DNA from: an uncultured Acidobacteriota bacterium
Lineage (GTDB): Bacteria; Acidobacteriota; Polarisedimenticolia; Polarisedimenticolales; JAIQFR01
Reading direction: 5' to 3'
Assembly: GCA_937864465.1 (NCBI GenBank)
Contig: CALMJU010000081.1
Location: 10,857-74,856 of the forward strand
Length of the DNA stretch: 64,000 nt
The position numbers and the translations under genes were made by a program. The notes under the pieces are model-generated. The model was not told the DNA's origin, ran no database searches, and saw only the letters and a list, made by a program, of their open reading frames with translations. Positions 51,609-60,022 of the stretch are shown piece by piece; position 1 is the stretch's first letter; each line of letters starts with the position of its first letter.

Positions 51609-52319
51609 TCACTTCTCCTTGGGGGATTTCTCCCTCGGGGACTTCTCCTTCGCAGGAGGCTCCTCGCTCTCGCCGGCCTCCTTCCCCTTCTTGATCACCT
51701 CGGGCTCCGCGGCCTCGGCCTCGGCGCCCTCGGCAGGGGCCGGCGTTTCCTCCGCGCGAGGCGGAGCGACGACCACGACGACGCCCTCCAGGTCGCCGAG
51801 GATCTTCACGCCCTCCTTGAGCCGCAGGTCCTTCACCGGGATCCCCTGGTTCACGTGGAGCCCCGAGACGTCCACGTCGATGTGCTCTGGGATCTCCCTC
51901 GGCAGGCACTCGACCTCGATCTCCCGGATCACGAACTCCAGGACGCCGCCCTCGTTCTTCACCCCCTCGGCCAGGCCGAGGAGACGCACGGGCACCTTCA
52001 CGTGCACCGCCCGGTCCAGCCGGACGCGCACGAGGTCCACGTGGCGGTAGTCGTCGGTCACCGGATCGCGGTCGAGCGCCTTGATCATCACGGCACCCGC
52101 CTCGCTCTTTCCCGAGACGCTCAGCGAGAAGATCGTGTTGCGGCCCGCCTCGAGCTTCAGGATCTCGTCCACCCTGTGCGGGTCCACCAGCACGGAGACC
52201 GCCGGCTGCCCGGCGCCGTAGATCACGGCGGGGACCTTCCCGGCCCGCCGGTACCTCCGGCTCGCGTTCTTTCCCAGATCGGTCCGAGGCACGACGTCGA
52301 CGACGATGTCTGTGATCAT
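51609..52319 (-). CDS. rplY: 50S ribosomal protein L25 / general stress protein Ctc (long form)
   Basis: 236 aa: ...RTDLGKNASRRYRRAGKVPAVIYG... It has a two-domain Ctc architecture plus a K/E/P-rich tail. Confidence 0.94.
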   Translation of the reverse strand: MITDIVVDVVPRTDLGKNASRRYRRAGKVPAVIYGAGQPAVSVLVDPHRVDEILKLEAGRNTIFSLSVSGKSEAGAVMIKALDRDPVTDDYRHVDLVRVRLDRAVHVKVPVRLLGLAEGVKNEGGVLEFVIREIEVECLPREIPEHIDVDVSGLHVNQGIPVKDLRLKEGVKILGDLEGVVVVVAPPRAEETPAPAEGAEAEAAEPEVIKKGKEAGESEEPPAKEKSPREKSPKEK

Positions 52320-52337
52320 GGCATCCGCTCTCTCTCT

Positions 52338-52377
52338 CGCCCCGCACCGTCCGCGCCCGGCGGGGACGGACGGGGCG
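52338..52377 (-). other. GC-rich stem-loop in the prs-rplY spacer
   Basis: CGCCCCG (52338-52344) pairs with CGGGGCG (52371-52377). An inner CCGTCC (52347-52352) pairs with GGACGG (52364-52369). The loop is 11 nt. On the transcribed (minus) strand it lies 18 nt upstream of the rplY ATG. Confidence 0.35.
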
Positions 52378-52469
52378 TCTCGCCCGTGGGATCCTTGCCG
52401 GCCTCCTTCGCGAGGCCCGCGGCCGCAACGGGCGGATCCTTGTCCCCCGCGGCCGAACTGCAGCCGTCG

Positions 52470-53411
52470 TCACACGAACAGCGAGCTGACCGACGAGTTC
52501 CCGTGGATCCTCGCCATCGCCTCGCCGAGAAGGTTCGCGAGCGACAGGACGGTGATCTTCCCGCTCGCCGCCTTCTCCGGCGCCAGGGGGATCGTGTCGG
52601 TCACGACCACCCGATCGAGGTCCGACGCGGCCAGCCGCTCCATCGCCGGGCCCGAGAGGACCGCGTGGGTGAAGCAGGCCGACACGGAACCGGCGCCGTT
52701 CTTCTTCAGGGCTCCCACGGACCCCACCAGGGTCCCCGCGGTGTCCACGATGTCGTCGACGATCACGCAGGTCCGGCCGCGGACGTCGCCGATTACGTTC
52801 ATGGTCTCCGCGACATTCGCCTCGATCCTCCGCTTGTCGATGATCGCGAGCGAGGCCCCGAGCCTGCGGGCGAAGAACCGCGCCCGCTCGACCCCGCCCG
52901 CGTCGGGACTGACGATCGTCAGGCTCTCGAACCGCTCCTGCGCGATCCACTCGAGGAGAACCGGCGCCGCGAGCAGGTGGTCCACCGGGACGTCGAAGAA
53001 CCCCTGGATCGCGGGGGCGTGGAGATCCACGGCGAGCACGCGCTGCACGCCGGCCGCCTGCAGAAGATCCGCCACGAGCTTGGCGGAGATCGGGACCCTG
53101 GGCTTGTCCTTCCGGTCCTGTCTCGCGTACCCGTAGTACGGGACGACGGCGGTGATCCGCGCCGCCGACGAGCGCTTGAGCGCGTCCACGATGAGCAGCA
53201 GCTCGACCAGGTTGTCGTTCACCGGCTGACACGTCGGCTGGATGACGAAGACGTCGGTCCCGCGGACGTTCTCGAGCACCTGGCAGTAGGTCTCTCCGTC
53301 GCTGAAGCGGCTCAGCTTCAGCTGCCCGAGCGGGAGACGCAGGTAGTCGCAGATCGCCTGCGCGAGCCGCGGGTTTCCGTTCCCGGAGAACACCTTCATT
53401 TCGCTCTTCAT
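52470..53411 (-). CDS. prs: ribose-phosphate pyrophosphokinase
   Basis: 313 aa: ...KVFSGNGNPRLAQAI..., YYGYARQDRK, and the PRPP loop VIVDDIVDTAGT. A second in-frame ATG 4 codons downstream is an alternative start. Confidence 0.96.
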   Translation of the reverse strand: MKSEMKVFSGNGNPRLAQAICDYLRLPLGQLKLSRFSDGETYCQVLENVRGTDVFVIQPTCQPVNDNLVELLLIVDALKRSSAARITAVVPYYGYARQDRKDKPRVPISAKLVADLLQAAGVQRVLAVDLHAPAIQGFFDVPVDHLLAAPVLLEWIAQERFESLTIVSPDAGGVERARFFARRLGASLAIIDKRRIEANVAETMNVIGDVRGRTCVIVDDIVDTAGTLVGSVGALKKNGAGSVSACFTHAVLSGPAMERLAASDLDRVVVTDTIPLAPEKAASGKITVLSLANLLGEAMARIHGNSSVSSLFV

Positions 53412-53441
53412 GGCCGCAGCGCCCGTCTCCCCGCTCCTAGA

Positions 53442-53516
53442 TGGCTGGGGCGGGAGGATTCGAACCTCCGAATGCGGGTTCCAAAGACCCGTGTCTTACC
53501 ACTTGACGACGCCCCA
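53442..53516 (-). tRNA. tRNA-Gln (anticodon UUG), CCA encoded
   Basis: The 75-nt minus-strand sequence is TGGGGCG TC GTC AAGT GGT AAGAC A CGGGT CTTTGGA ACCCG CATTC GGAGG TTCGAAT CCTCC CGCCCCA G CCA. It folds as a cloverleaf, arm for arm like E. coli tRNA-Gln. The anticodon loop is C-T-TTG-G-A. Confidence 0.95.
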
Positions 53517-53536
53517 GCAAACGCCCCGCCCCCGGC

Positions 53537-53905
53537 TCACGCCCAGGGGGAGCCGTCTTCCTCCCGCGGAGCGAGGGGCTCCGCCCCGTCCGCCCCGTTC
53601 TCCGACGCCTCGCGGATCGCCCGGAGGTCCCCCGGCGGCGTCTCGCCGGACTCCGCCAGGACCTCGCGGTACTTCGCGACGATCCGGTCCTCGATCTTCT
53701 TCCTGGTCTCGCTGTTCAAGGGGTGGGCGATGTCGCGGAACATCCCGTTCTTCCGCTTCTTGCTCGGCATGGAGACGAAGAGCCCCTCGGCCCCCTGGAT
53801 GATCTTGATGTCGCTCACCACGAAGCACTCGTCGATGACGATCGAGGCGAACGCCTTCAGCTTGTCCTCGTGGACGGGAAAGACTTTCACCTGGGTGATC
53901 TCCAC
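53537..53905 (-). CDS. spoVG: SpoVG family protein
   Basis: 122 aa from GTG 53905, with a GAGGGAG SD: (M)EITQVKVFPVHEDKLKAFASIVIDECFVVSDIKIIQGAEGLFVSMPSKK. Confidence 0.93.
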   Translation of the reverse strand: MEITQVKVFPVHEDKLKAFASIVIDECFVVSDIKIIQGAEGLFVSMPSKKRKNGMFRDIAHPLNSETRKKIEDRIVAKYREVLAESGETPPGDLRAIREASENGADGAEPLAPREEDGSPWA

Positions 53906-53928
53906 GTTCGAGACTCCCTCTTCAGGCC

Positions 53929-54831
53929 TCAGTCGGCCCCGTCGTTCCCGCCGAAGCGGACGCCGCACGCCACCGTTCGCGACCCGAAGACCCGCCACCG
54001 CGCGAACCGCGATCCGAGGCACGCCACCGCCTCGCGCAGCGCGCGCGAGTCGTCGAACACGCCGAAGACCGTCGAGCCGCTTCCCGAGAGGAGCGCCGCC
54101 GCCGCCCCGGACCGCCCGAGTTCCTCTCGAAACTCCAAGAGCTCGGGCCTGCGGGCGACGACCCCGGCTTCCAGATCGTTGGGGCCGACCCGGAAGTCGT
54201 TCTCCTCAGGCGGGTTACCGCTTCGCGAACGCGGAAAGCTACCATCGTCGGAAGAGCGTGTCAAATCGCGGTCGAACGCGTCGTACGCCTCGCGGGTCGA
54301 CACGCCGAAGGGGGGCACCCCGAGGAGGAGAAGCCGGTCCCCCGGATAGGGAAGATCCGTGAGCCGCTCGCCCCTTCCCTCTCCGAGCGCGACGCCCCCG
54401 TGGAGGAAGAAGGGCACGTCCGATCCGATCTCCGCGGCCAGCGATTCGAGATCTGCCCCGACGAGGCCGAGGCCCCACAGCCGGTTGAGGAGGACGAGCG
54501 CTCCTGCCGCATCCGAGCTCCCCCCGCCCATCCCCCCCGCCACCGGGATCCTCTTCCGCAGCCGCAGCGCCGCCCCCCCCGCCGCCCTCCCCGCCGCGCG
54601 CCGCAGCGCCTCCGCGGCGCGAAGCACGAGGTTCTCCGGCCCCGACGGAACTCCGGGATCGTCGCACACCAGCGTGAGTCTCTCCGACGGACGGGCGCGC
54701 AACGAGTCCCAGAGATCGACCGCTTGGAAGACCGTTCGGATCTCGTGGTAGCCGTCGGGCCTTCGGGTGCCGACCCGGAGCGAGAGATTCACCTTCGCCG
54801 GGCAGCGGACCTCGAGACCGGAGGCGCTCAC
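53929..54831 (-). CDS. ispE: 4-diphosphocytidyl-2-C-methyl-D-erythritol kinase
   Basis: 300 aa from GTG 54831, which overlaps the upstream stop (GTGA): ...CPAKVNLSLRV..., the GHMP motif IPVAGGMGGGSSDAAG, and LSGSGSTVFG. Confidence 0.94.
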   Translation of the reverse strand: MSASGLEVRCPAKVNLSLRVGTRRPDGYHEIRTVFQAVDLWDSLRARPSERLTLVCDDPGVPSGPENLVLRAAEALRRAAGRAAGGAALRLRKRIPVAGGMGGGSSDAAGALVLLNRLWGLGLVGADLESLAAEIGSDVPFFLHGGVALGEGRGERLTDLPYPGDRLLLLGVPPFGVSTREAYDAFDRDLTRSSDDGSFPRSRSGNPPEENDFRVGPNDLEAGVVARRPELLEFREELGRSGAAAALLSGSGSTVFGVFDDSRALREAVACLGSRFARWRVFGSRTVACGVRFGGNDGAD

Positions 54832-55451
54832 CGCGTCCCCCCCTGCGCAGTCTCGGGAAGCCCGGGCAGATCGTCCGGACCCAGGCTCTCGATCGGGAGC
54901 ACCGCGAGCCCCGCGGGGGGCGCTCCGGTCCCTGTTCCCTCGCCGAGCGCCGCCGTCCGCACGCCGCGACGCACCAGACGGAGCCCCCGGCCCCCGGCTC
55001 GGATGACCATCCGCTCCGGGAGGCCGCCGCCCGCCGCCGGGATCCGCTCGATCTCGACTCCCGGAGCGGCGCGGACCTCCCCGCCGAGGATCGCGCGCGT
55101 CAAATCCTCGATCGAGAGGGGAGCTCCCAGGAGCCGCTCCACGATCGCCGCGCTCCCCTCCCCGACGTACGCGCGCCCCCGACGAGGAACCGACACCGAG
55201 AGTCGGCCGCCGCCGGCGTCCAGGACCACCTCGGGCCACCCCGAAGGGGACAGCGCCTCCGCGTGCAGCCTCCCCGGCTCGCCGACCCAGAGGAGCAGCC
55301 GGAACCTCCGGCCCTCTCCGCTCCCGGTCTCGATCGACGCGCGGTACGACGCGACCCGCGCGGTCCGCTCCGGTCCCCCGGTGCGGCGGCCCACGCACGC
55401 CGAGGCGGCGAGCGCCGCGATCGCCGCAAGGAGAACCGCCCGGCGGATCAC
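54828..55451 (-). CDS. lipoprotein, LolB/DUF4292-like by position and size (tentative)
   Basis: 207 aa from GTG 55451, which overlaps the TPR gene stop: (M)IRRAVLLAAIAALAASAC (lipobox-like LAASAC). It lies immediately upstream of ispE, the position lolB occupies in the E. coli lolB-ispE-prs cluster. The sequence itself gives me no firm family match. Confidence 0.6.
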   Translation of the reverse strand: MIRRAVLLAAIAALAASACVGRRTGGPERTARVASYRASIETGSGEGRRFRLLLWVGEPGRLHAEALSPSGWPEVVLDAGGGRLSVSVPRRGRAYVGEGSAAIVERLLGAPLSIEDLTRAILGGEVRAAPGVEIERIPAAGGGLPERMVIRAGGRGLRLVRRGVRTAALGEGTGTGAPPAGLAVLPIESLGPDDLPGLPETAQGGTR

Positions 55452-57451
55452 CGGCCGGCAGGCGGCGGCGCGCCGCGACCGTCGCCGTTCCCCCGGAGAA
55501 CGCCCCCCTCCGCGGGCAGCCCGCTCGCGAGCTTCTCGCGGATCGCATCCGCGTTCTCGGAGCCGGCCTCGAGGGAGCGCCGCCACATCGCGCGGGCCTT
55601 CTCCGGCTCGCCGAGCCGGCGGTAGACGTCGCCGAGGTGCTCGAGGACCGTGGGATCGAACGGATAGTCCCGGGATGCGCGCTCGATCGGAACCCGCGCC
55701 TCCTCGAACCTGCCGAGCCGGTAGAGAGCCCATCCGAGCGAGTCGAGATAGGCCGCGTTCCAGGGCTCGCTCGCCACCGCGCGCCGAATGAGCCCCAGCG
55801 CCTCCTCCACCGCGACGCCGCGATCGGCGAGGCTGTACCCGAGGTAGTTCAGGACGTTCGCGTTGCCGGGCTCGATCCGGAGCGCTGCGCGCAGCTCCGC
55901 TTCCGCCTCCGTGTAGCGCCGCTCCTGATCGAGAAGGGCGCCCAGCCGGAACCTCACCCTCGCGCTCTGCGGCTCCCGCAGCGCCCACGCGCGGAGCACC
56001 CGCTCCGCCTCGTCCGGGCGGCCGGCCGAAGCCCACGACACCGCGGCCTCTTCCCGAACCCCCGGCCCCAGGAGGGACTCCGCCTCTCCGAAGCGCACGC
56101 GAGCCCGGTCGGCCCGGCCCTCCAGGACCCAGCTCTCCGCCTCGAGAAGCGCAGCGATCCCGTCGCCGCCCCGATCGCGGAGCTTCCTGGCGATCTCCCG
56201 GGTTCGCGCGCCGTCCTGCGAGGCGAGCGCGATCCTCCCGAGGAGCTCCAGCGACTCGGCCGCTTCGGGGGCCTCGAGCTCCCTGGCCACCCGCTCCGCT
56301 TCCGCCACTCGCGAGCGCTCCAGCAGCAGCGACGCCATGCGGCGCCGAACCCCGTCCCGTCGCTCGCCGCCCTCCGGCTCCCCCTCGCGAATCGCCGCGA
56401 TCGCGGACCGGAACGCCGCCCCCGCCCCTTCCAGGTCCCCCTGCCGGCCGAGCATCTCTCCGAGGAACGACTGGATCCCGGAGTGGCCGGGGAGCTCCGC
56501 GGCGAGCCTTCGAGCGATCTCCACGGCATCGGCCAGCCGTCCGACCTCGCCGTACGCGGTCGCGAGCTGGAACATCGCCAGCCGGTTGTCCGGGACCAGA
56601 TCGCGCAGGGACTCGAAGTCCGAGACGGCCTCGACCTCCCGCCCGAGACGAAGCAGCGCCTCGCCCCTGAGAGCCCGGGGCGCCGGCCGGTTGGGCTCCG
56701 CGTCCAGCACCCGCGAGCAGGCCGCCACGACCGGGTCCCAGCGCCCCGTCTCCCGCGCGAGATCTCCGATGGTCGTGAGGATCTCCTCCGCGTCGGGGTT
56801 CGTGGCATAGAACGCCACGAGGACTTCCAGGGCCTCGTCCTTCCGGCCGTCTCGCTCGAGGTACTGCGCCAGGAGCCTGGCGGCCGCGGAATCCCCCGGG
56901 CGGCGGTCGGCGAAGCTCCTCGCCGCGGCGACCGCGCCCTCCGGATCCGACGCCAGGGCTCGAAGCCGCGCCAGGACCGGAAAGATCTCGTCGTCGGCGT
57001 CCTTCCGGCGGGAGATCTCCCCGTACAGGGCGATCGCACGATCGCGGGCCTCGGGATCGCCCTCGGGGCTCAAGGCCCGATGCGCATCGAGGTCCGCGGC
57101 GACCCGGAGCGCGGAAGACTCGCTCGGGTCGATCGCGAGGGCGAGCTTCGCCTCCTCCTCCGCCTCAGACTCCTTCCCGAGATGGAGGAGCAGCGCGGCC
57201 GACTCGCCGCGAAGCTCGGCGGATTCGGGTGCGGTCTCGATCGCCTCTCGCATCTCCGCGAGGGCCTCCGAGAGCCGGCCCTGCCCTGCCGCCAGCCGCG
57301 ATCGGATCAGATGGAAGTAGGCGTCGCCTCTCCGCGCGGTCGAGTCCACGGCGGGGTCGGGCACGGGGCCCCCGGCGGTCCCCGCGATACCGTGCGCGCT
57401 CACCGGCAGGAGAGCCGCCAGGAGGACGACCAGGGCGGGGCGCTTCGGCAA
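55448..57451 (-). CDS. secreted multi-TPR repeat protein
   Basis: 667 aa from TTG 57451, with a GGAGG SD 6 nt upstream: (M)PKRPALVVLLAALLPVSAHG (signal peptide). TPR-like repeats run throughout (e.g. NANVLNYLGYSLADRGVAVEEALGLIRRAVASEPWNAAYLDSLGWALYRLGRFEEA). Confidence 0.85.
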   Translation of the reverse strand: MPKRPALVVLLAALLPVSAHGIAGTAGGPVPDPAVDSTARRGDAYFHLIRSRLAAGQGRLSEALAEMREAIETAPESAELRGESAALLLHLGKESEAEEEAKLALAIDPSESSALRVAADLDAHRALSPEGDPEARDRAIALYGEISRRKDADDEIFPVLARLRALASDPEGAVAAARSFADRRPGDSAAARLLAQYLERDGRKDEALEVLVAFYATNPDAEEILTTIGDLARETGRWDPVVAACSRVLDAEPNRPAPRALRGEALLRLGREVEAVSDFESLRDLVPDNRLAMFQLATAYGEVGRLADAVEIARRLAAELPGHSGIQSFLGEMLGRQGDLEGAGAAFRSAIAAIREGEPEGGERRDGVRRRMASLLLERSRVAEAERVARELEAPEAAESLELLGRIALASQDGARTREIARKLRDRGGDGIAALLEAESWVLEGRADRARVRFGEAESLLGPGVREEAAVSWASAGRPDEAERVLRAWALREPQSARVRFRLGALLDQERRYTEAEAELRAALRIEPGNANVLNYLGYSLADRGVAVEEALGLIRRAVASEPWNAAYLDSLGWALYRLGRFEEARVPIERASRDYPFDPTVLEHLGDVYRRLGEPEKARAMWRRSLEAGSENADAIREKLASGLPAEGGVLRGNGDGRGAPPPAGR

Positions 57452-57476
57452 GCCGGTCCTCCCGCTCGCGACGCGC

Positions 57477-58640
57477 TCAGGCGGCTTTCTCGGCCTCGAG
57501 CGCCGCGAAGTCCTCGATCGCCTTCCGGAGGACGTCTTCGTCCACCTCTTCCCGCTTCGCGGTCGACCGGATGGGTCGGTTCGGGACGATGCCTTCCTCG
57601 TTCCACGTCGACCCTTCCGCCGTCTCCCAGACCGTCGCCGAGAGAAGCAGCGCCGATCCGTCCGGGAGATCGAAGAGCCGCGGCTCCGCCCCGAGCCCGT
57701 AGGTCGGCTCGCCGTACACGATCGCCCCGCGGCGCGTCTGCAGGATCTTGGCCAGGGCCTCCGCCCCCGAGGCGCTTCCCGCATTCGCGAGCACGGCGAT
57801 CGGGCCGGGCCATGCGTTTCCCGGACCGGGCGCTCGGATCGTCTCGACCTCTCTCCGGGAGGGATCCCGGAGCGTCAGCAGATCGCCGGTCGTGAACAGG
57901 CCCGCGAGCCCGGCTGCGTCCCGGGGGCTCCCGTCCGCCACGCTCCGCACGTCCACGAGCAGCTTCCCGGTCCCCGAGCCCGCCACCCGCTCCAGGTCCG
58001 CCGCCACGGCGTCGGCGGAGATCCGCGCGAGATCGCGAACGTGGAGCACCGTCACGCCGTCCCTCACCTCGACCTCGTGAGGCGGGGACGTCCTCAGGGC
58101 CCGCGCCAGCCTCACCTCCGCCCTCTGGAAACCGTCTCGAATCTTGAGGACGTCCAGCTTCACCTCGGTTCCGGGCCTCCCGCGGAGGAGGCGAACCGCC
58201 TGTGCCAGGGAGAGATCCCGCAACGGCCGGTCATCGATCCGGCGGATCTGGTCCCCCGGTGCCAGCCCCTCCGAGGCGGCCGGCGATCCGGCGCAAACGG
58301 CGACGATCACCAGCGCCCCGTACCCCTTGACGACCGACACGCCGGGATCGGCCGGACCGGCCTCCGGGGCCTCCCGGTACCGGGCGGCCTCCTCGGGCGA
58401 GAGATAGGCCCCCTGGGCGTCGAGGCCCGACATCATTCCCCGGAGGGCCCCCTCCAGGAGTCCCTCCGGATCCACCGGGTCCACGTAGTTGTCCACCACC
58501 AGGGAGAAGACCTCGGAGAAGAGGAGCGCCTGCCGGAACGACCCCTCGCGGGGCCCCATCTTGGCCGCGACGCTGCCGCCGAGCAGCGCCAGGACCAGGC
58601 ATCCCGAGAGGACGAGGAGCGTGATCCGGTTCGCCTTCAT
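57477..58640 (-). CDS. ctpA: carboxy-terminal processing peptidase (S41 family, PDZ domain)
   Basis: 387 aa from ATG 58640: MKANRITLLVLSGCLVLALLGG. It has a PDZ region (GSPAASEGLAPGDQIRRID), DVRSVADGSP, and the catalytic Ser/Lys context NAGSASGAEALAKILQ. Confidence 0.88.
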   Translation of the reverse strand: MKANRITLLVLSGCLVLALLGGSVAAKMGPREGSFRQALLFSEVFSLVVDNYVDPVDPEGLLEGALRGMMSGLDAQGAYLSPEEAARYREAPEAGPADPGVSVVKGYGALVIVAVCAGSPAASEGLAPGDQIRRIDDRPLRDLSLAQAVRLLRGRPGTEVKLDVLKIRDGFQRAEVRLARALRTSPPHEVEVRDGVTVLHVRDLARISADAVAADLERVAGSGTGKLLVDVRSVADGSPRDAAGLAGLFTTGDLLTLRDPSRREVETIRAPGPGNAWPGPIAVLANAGSASGAEALAKILQTRRGAIVYGEPTYGLGAEPRLFDLPDGSALLLSATVWETAEGSTWNEEGIVPNRPIRSTAKREEVDEDVLRKAIEDFAALEAEKAA

Positions 58641-58718
58641 GCGTCGATGGCCCTCGCCCGGCCGGCCGGGCGCCTTCGCGCACAAGCTACACTCCCGCCG
58701 GGGGCTTGGCAACCGATC

Positions 58719-59894
58719 TCAGCTCCGGGAGAGCCATTCCGCCGGATCGACGGGACGCCCGGATTCCCGGATCTCGAAGTAGAGGTACGGCCCGCGGAGC
58801 GAGCCCGAATCCCCGACGTAGCCGAGCACGTCGCCGGCCAGCACCTCTTGCCCGGGCTCGGCCGTCAGCGCGGAGGCGTGCGCGTAGACCGACATGACGT
58901 CGCCCCCGTGATCGACGATCACCGTGAGGCCGTACCCGTGGAGCCACGAGGCGAAGGCGACCCGTCCCTCGAACACGCTGCGGAAAGGCGTTCCCGCCTC
59001 CGCTTCGAAATCGAAGCCGGGATGCGGGACGACGGTCTTGAAACGCGGGTGCACGATCTCCCCGAACCCCTCCGACACCGCGCCGGCGACCGGCCGGTGG
59101 AGGAGACCGCGGAACCTCCGGACGTCGAGACGCCGGACCGCCCCCGAGCCGGAGAGACCGGAGACGAGATCCCCCAGCTCGTGGGCGGCCCCCGCCAGCT
59201 CGGCCAGCGCCGCCTCGTGCTTCCCCCGGTCGAGCCGGATTCCGTCCAGGAGCTTCGCCCGCTCCGCGCGGCTGCGCGCCGCAGCCTCCGTGGCGAGCCG
59301 CGCCTCCTCCCTCGATCGCTCCAGCCGGGAACGCTCGGCGAGCAGCGCCTCCCGCTCCGCGCGCGCCCGCGCCGCGTCCTCGCGGAACTCGCGGAGAAGC
59401 CGCGCGTCCCGCTCGCCGAGGTACGCCGCGTAGCGGAAGCCCTGCAGCAGCGAGTCGGCGCTCTCCTCGGTCAGGACCCGGCGCAGCTCGGCCGAGGAGC
59501 CCGCCTCGTAGGTCTCCCGGAGGCGATACGCCAGGTAGCGCGACCGCTCGGCCTGCTGGCGCTCCAGCCGCTCGAGATCCGCCGTCCGCGACTCGACGGC
59601 CGAGGTCACCGTCTCTAGGACGAGCGCCGCGGCGCGCTCCTCCTCCTCCCGGAGATGCAGCTCCGCGCCGAGCCTCGCCACATCTCCGAGCAGCCCCGCC
59701 TCCCGGCGTCCCAGCCCCTCGAGCTCCGTCTCGAGCCGGGAGATCTCGGCGCGCATCGCCCGCAATCGCGCGTCGCGGCCCTGGTCGGGGCCGGCGTCCC
59801 CGGCACCGCCGGGCGAGCCGACGGGAAAGGTCGCGGCGATCGCCGCAACCACAGCCGCCGCCACCCGCGACCTCGCCCTTCCCGAGCCGAGCAT
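58719..59894 (-). CDS. envC: murein hydrolase activator-type protein (coiled coil plus M23/LytM domain)
   Basis: 391 aa. A signal-like N-terminus is followed by a long coiled coil (LRAMRAEISRLETELEGL...). The C-terminal M23 domain has GFDFEAEAGTPFRSVFEGRVAFA...GLTVIVDHGG...YFEIR. Confidence 0.88.
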   Translation of the reverse strand: MLGSGRARSRVAAAVVAAIAATFPVGSPGGAGDAGPDQGRDARLRAMRAEISRLETELEGLGRREAGLLGDVARLGAELHLREEEERAAALVLETVTSAVESRTADLERLERQQAERSRYLAYRLRETYEAGSSAELRRVLTEESADSLLQGFRYAAYLGERDARLLREFREDAARARAEREALLAERSRLERSREEARLATEAAARSRAERAKLLDGIRLDRGKHEAALAELAGAAHELGDLVSGLSGSGAVRRLDVRRFRGLLHRPVAGAVSEGFGEIVHPRFKTVVPHPGFDFEAEAGTPFRSVFEGRVAFASWLHGYGLTVIVDHGGDVMSVYAHASALTAEPGQEVLAGDVLGYVGDSGSLRGPYLYFEIRESGRPVDPAEWLSRS

Positions 59895-60022
59895 CCCGCG
59901 CTCCCCGGGCCGCTCCCGCGTGGCCCCGCGAAGCCTACCATCTCCGGGGACACCCGGCCCGCCTCCCCGCGTTGTGCTACCATCCGCGCGCCGGCGGGAC
60001 GGGCTCGCGGCACCCCGATGAC

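Noticed and set aside
53417-53536. The tRNA-Gln as an integration site for a genomic island.
   Set aside because: There is no integrase, no duplicated 3' tRNA segment and no compositional break on either side. The flanking genes (prs, spoVG) are the conserved neighbours.
59935-59984. Two copies of CTACCATC (59935-59942 and 59977-59984) upstream of dnaB, as DnaA boxes or promoter elements.
   Set aside because: They do not match the DnaA box consensus TTATCCACA. The second copy could be read as an extended -10 (TGcTACCAT), but no -35 supports it. This is too weak to call.
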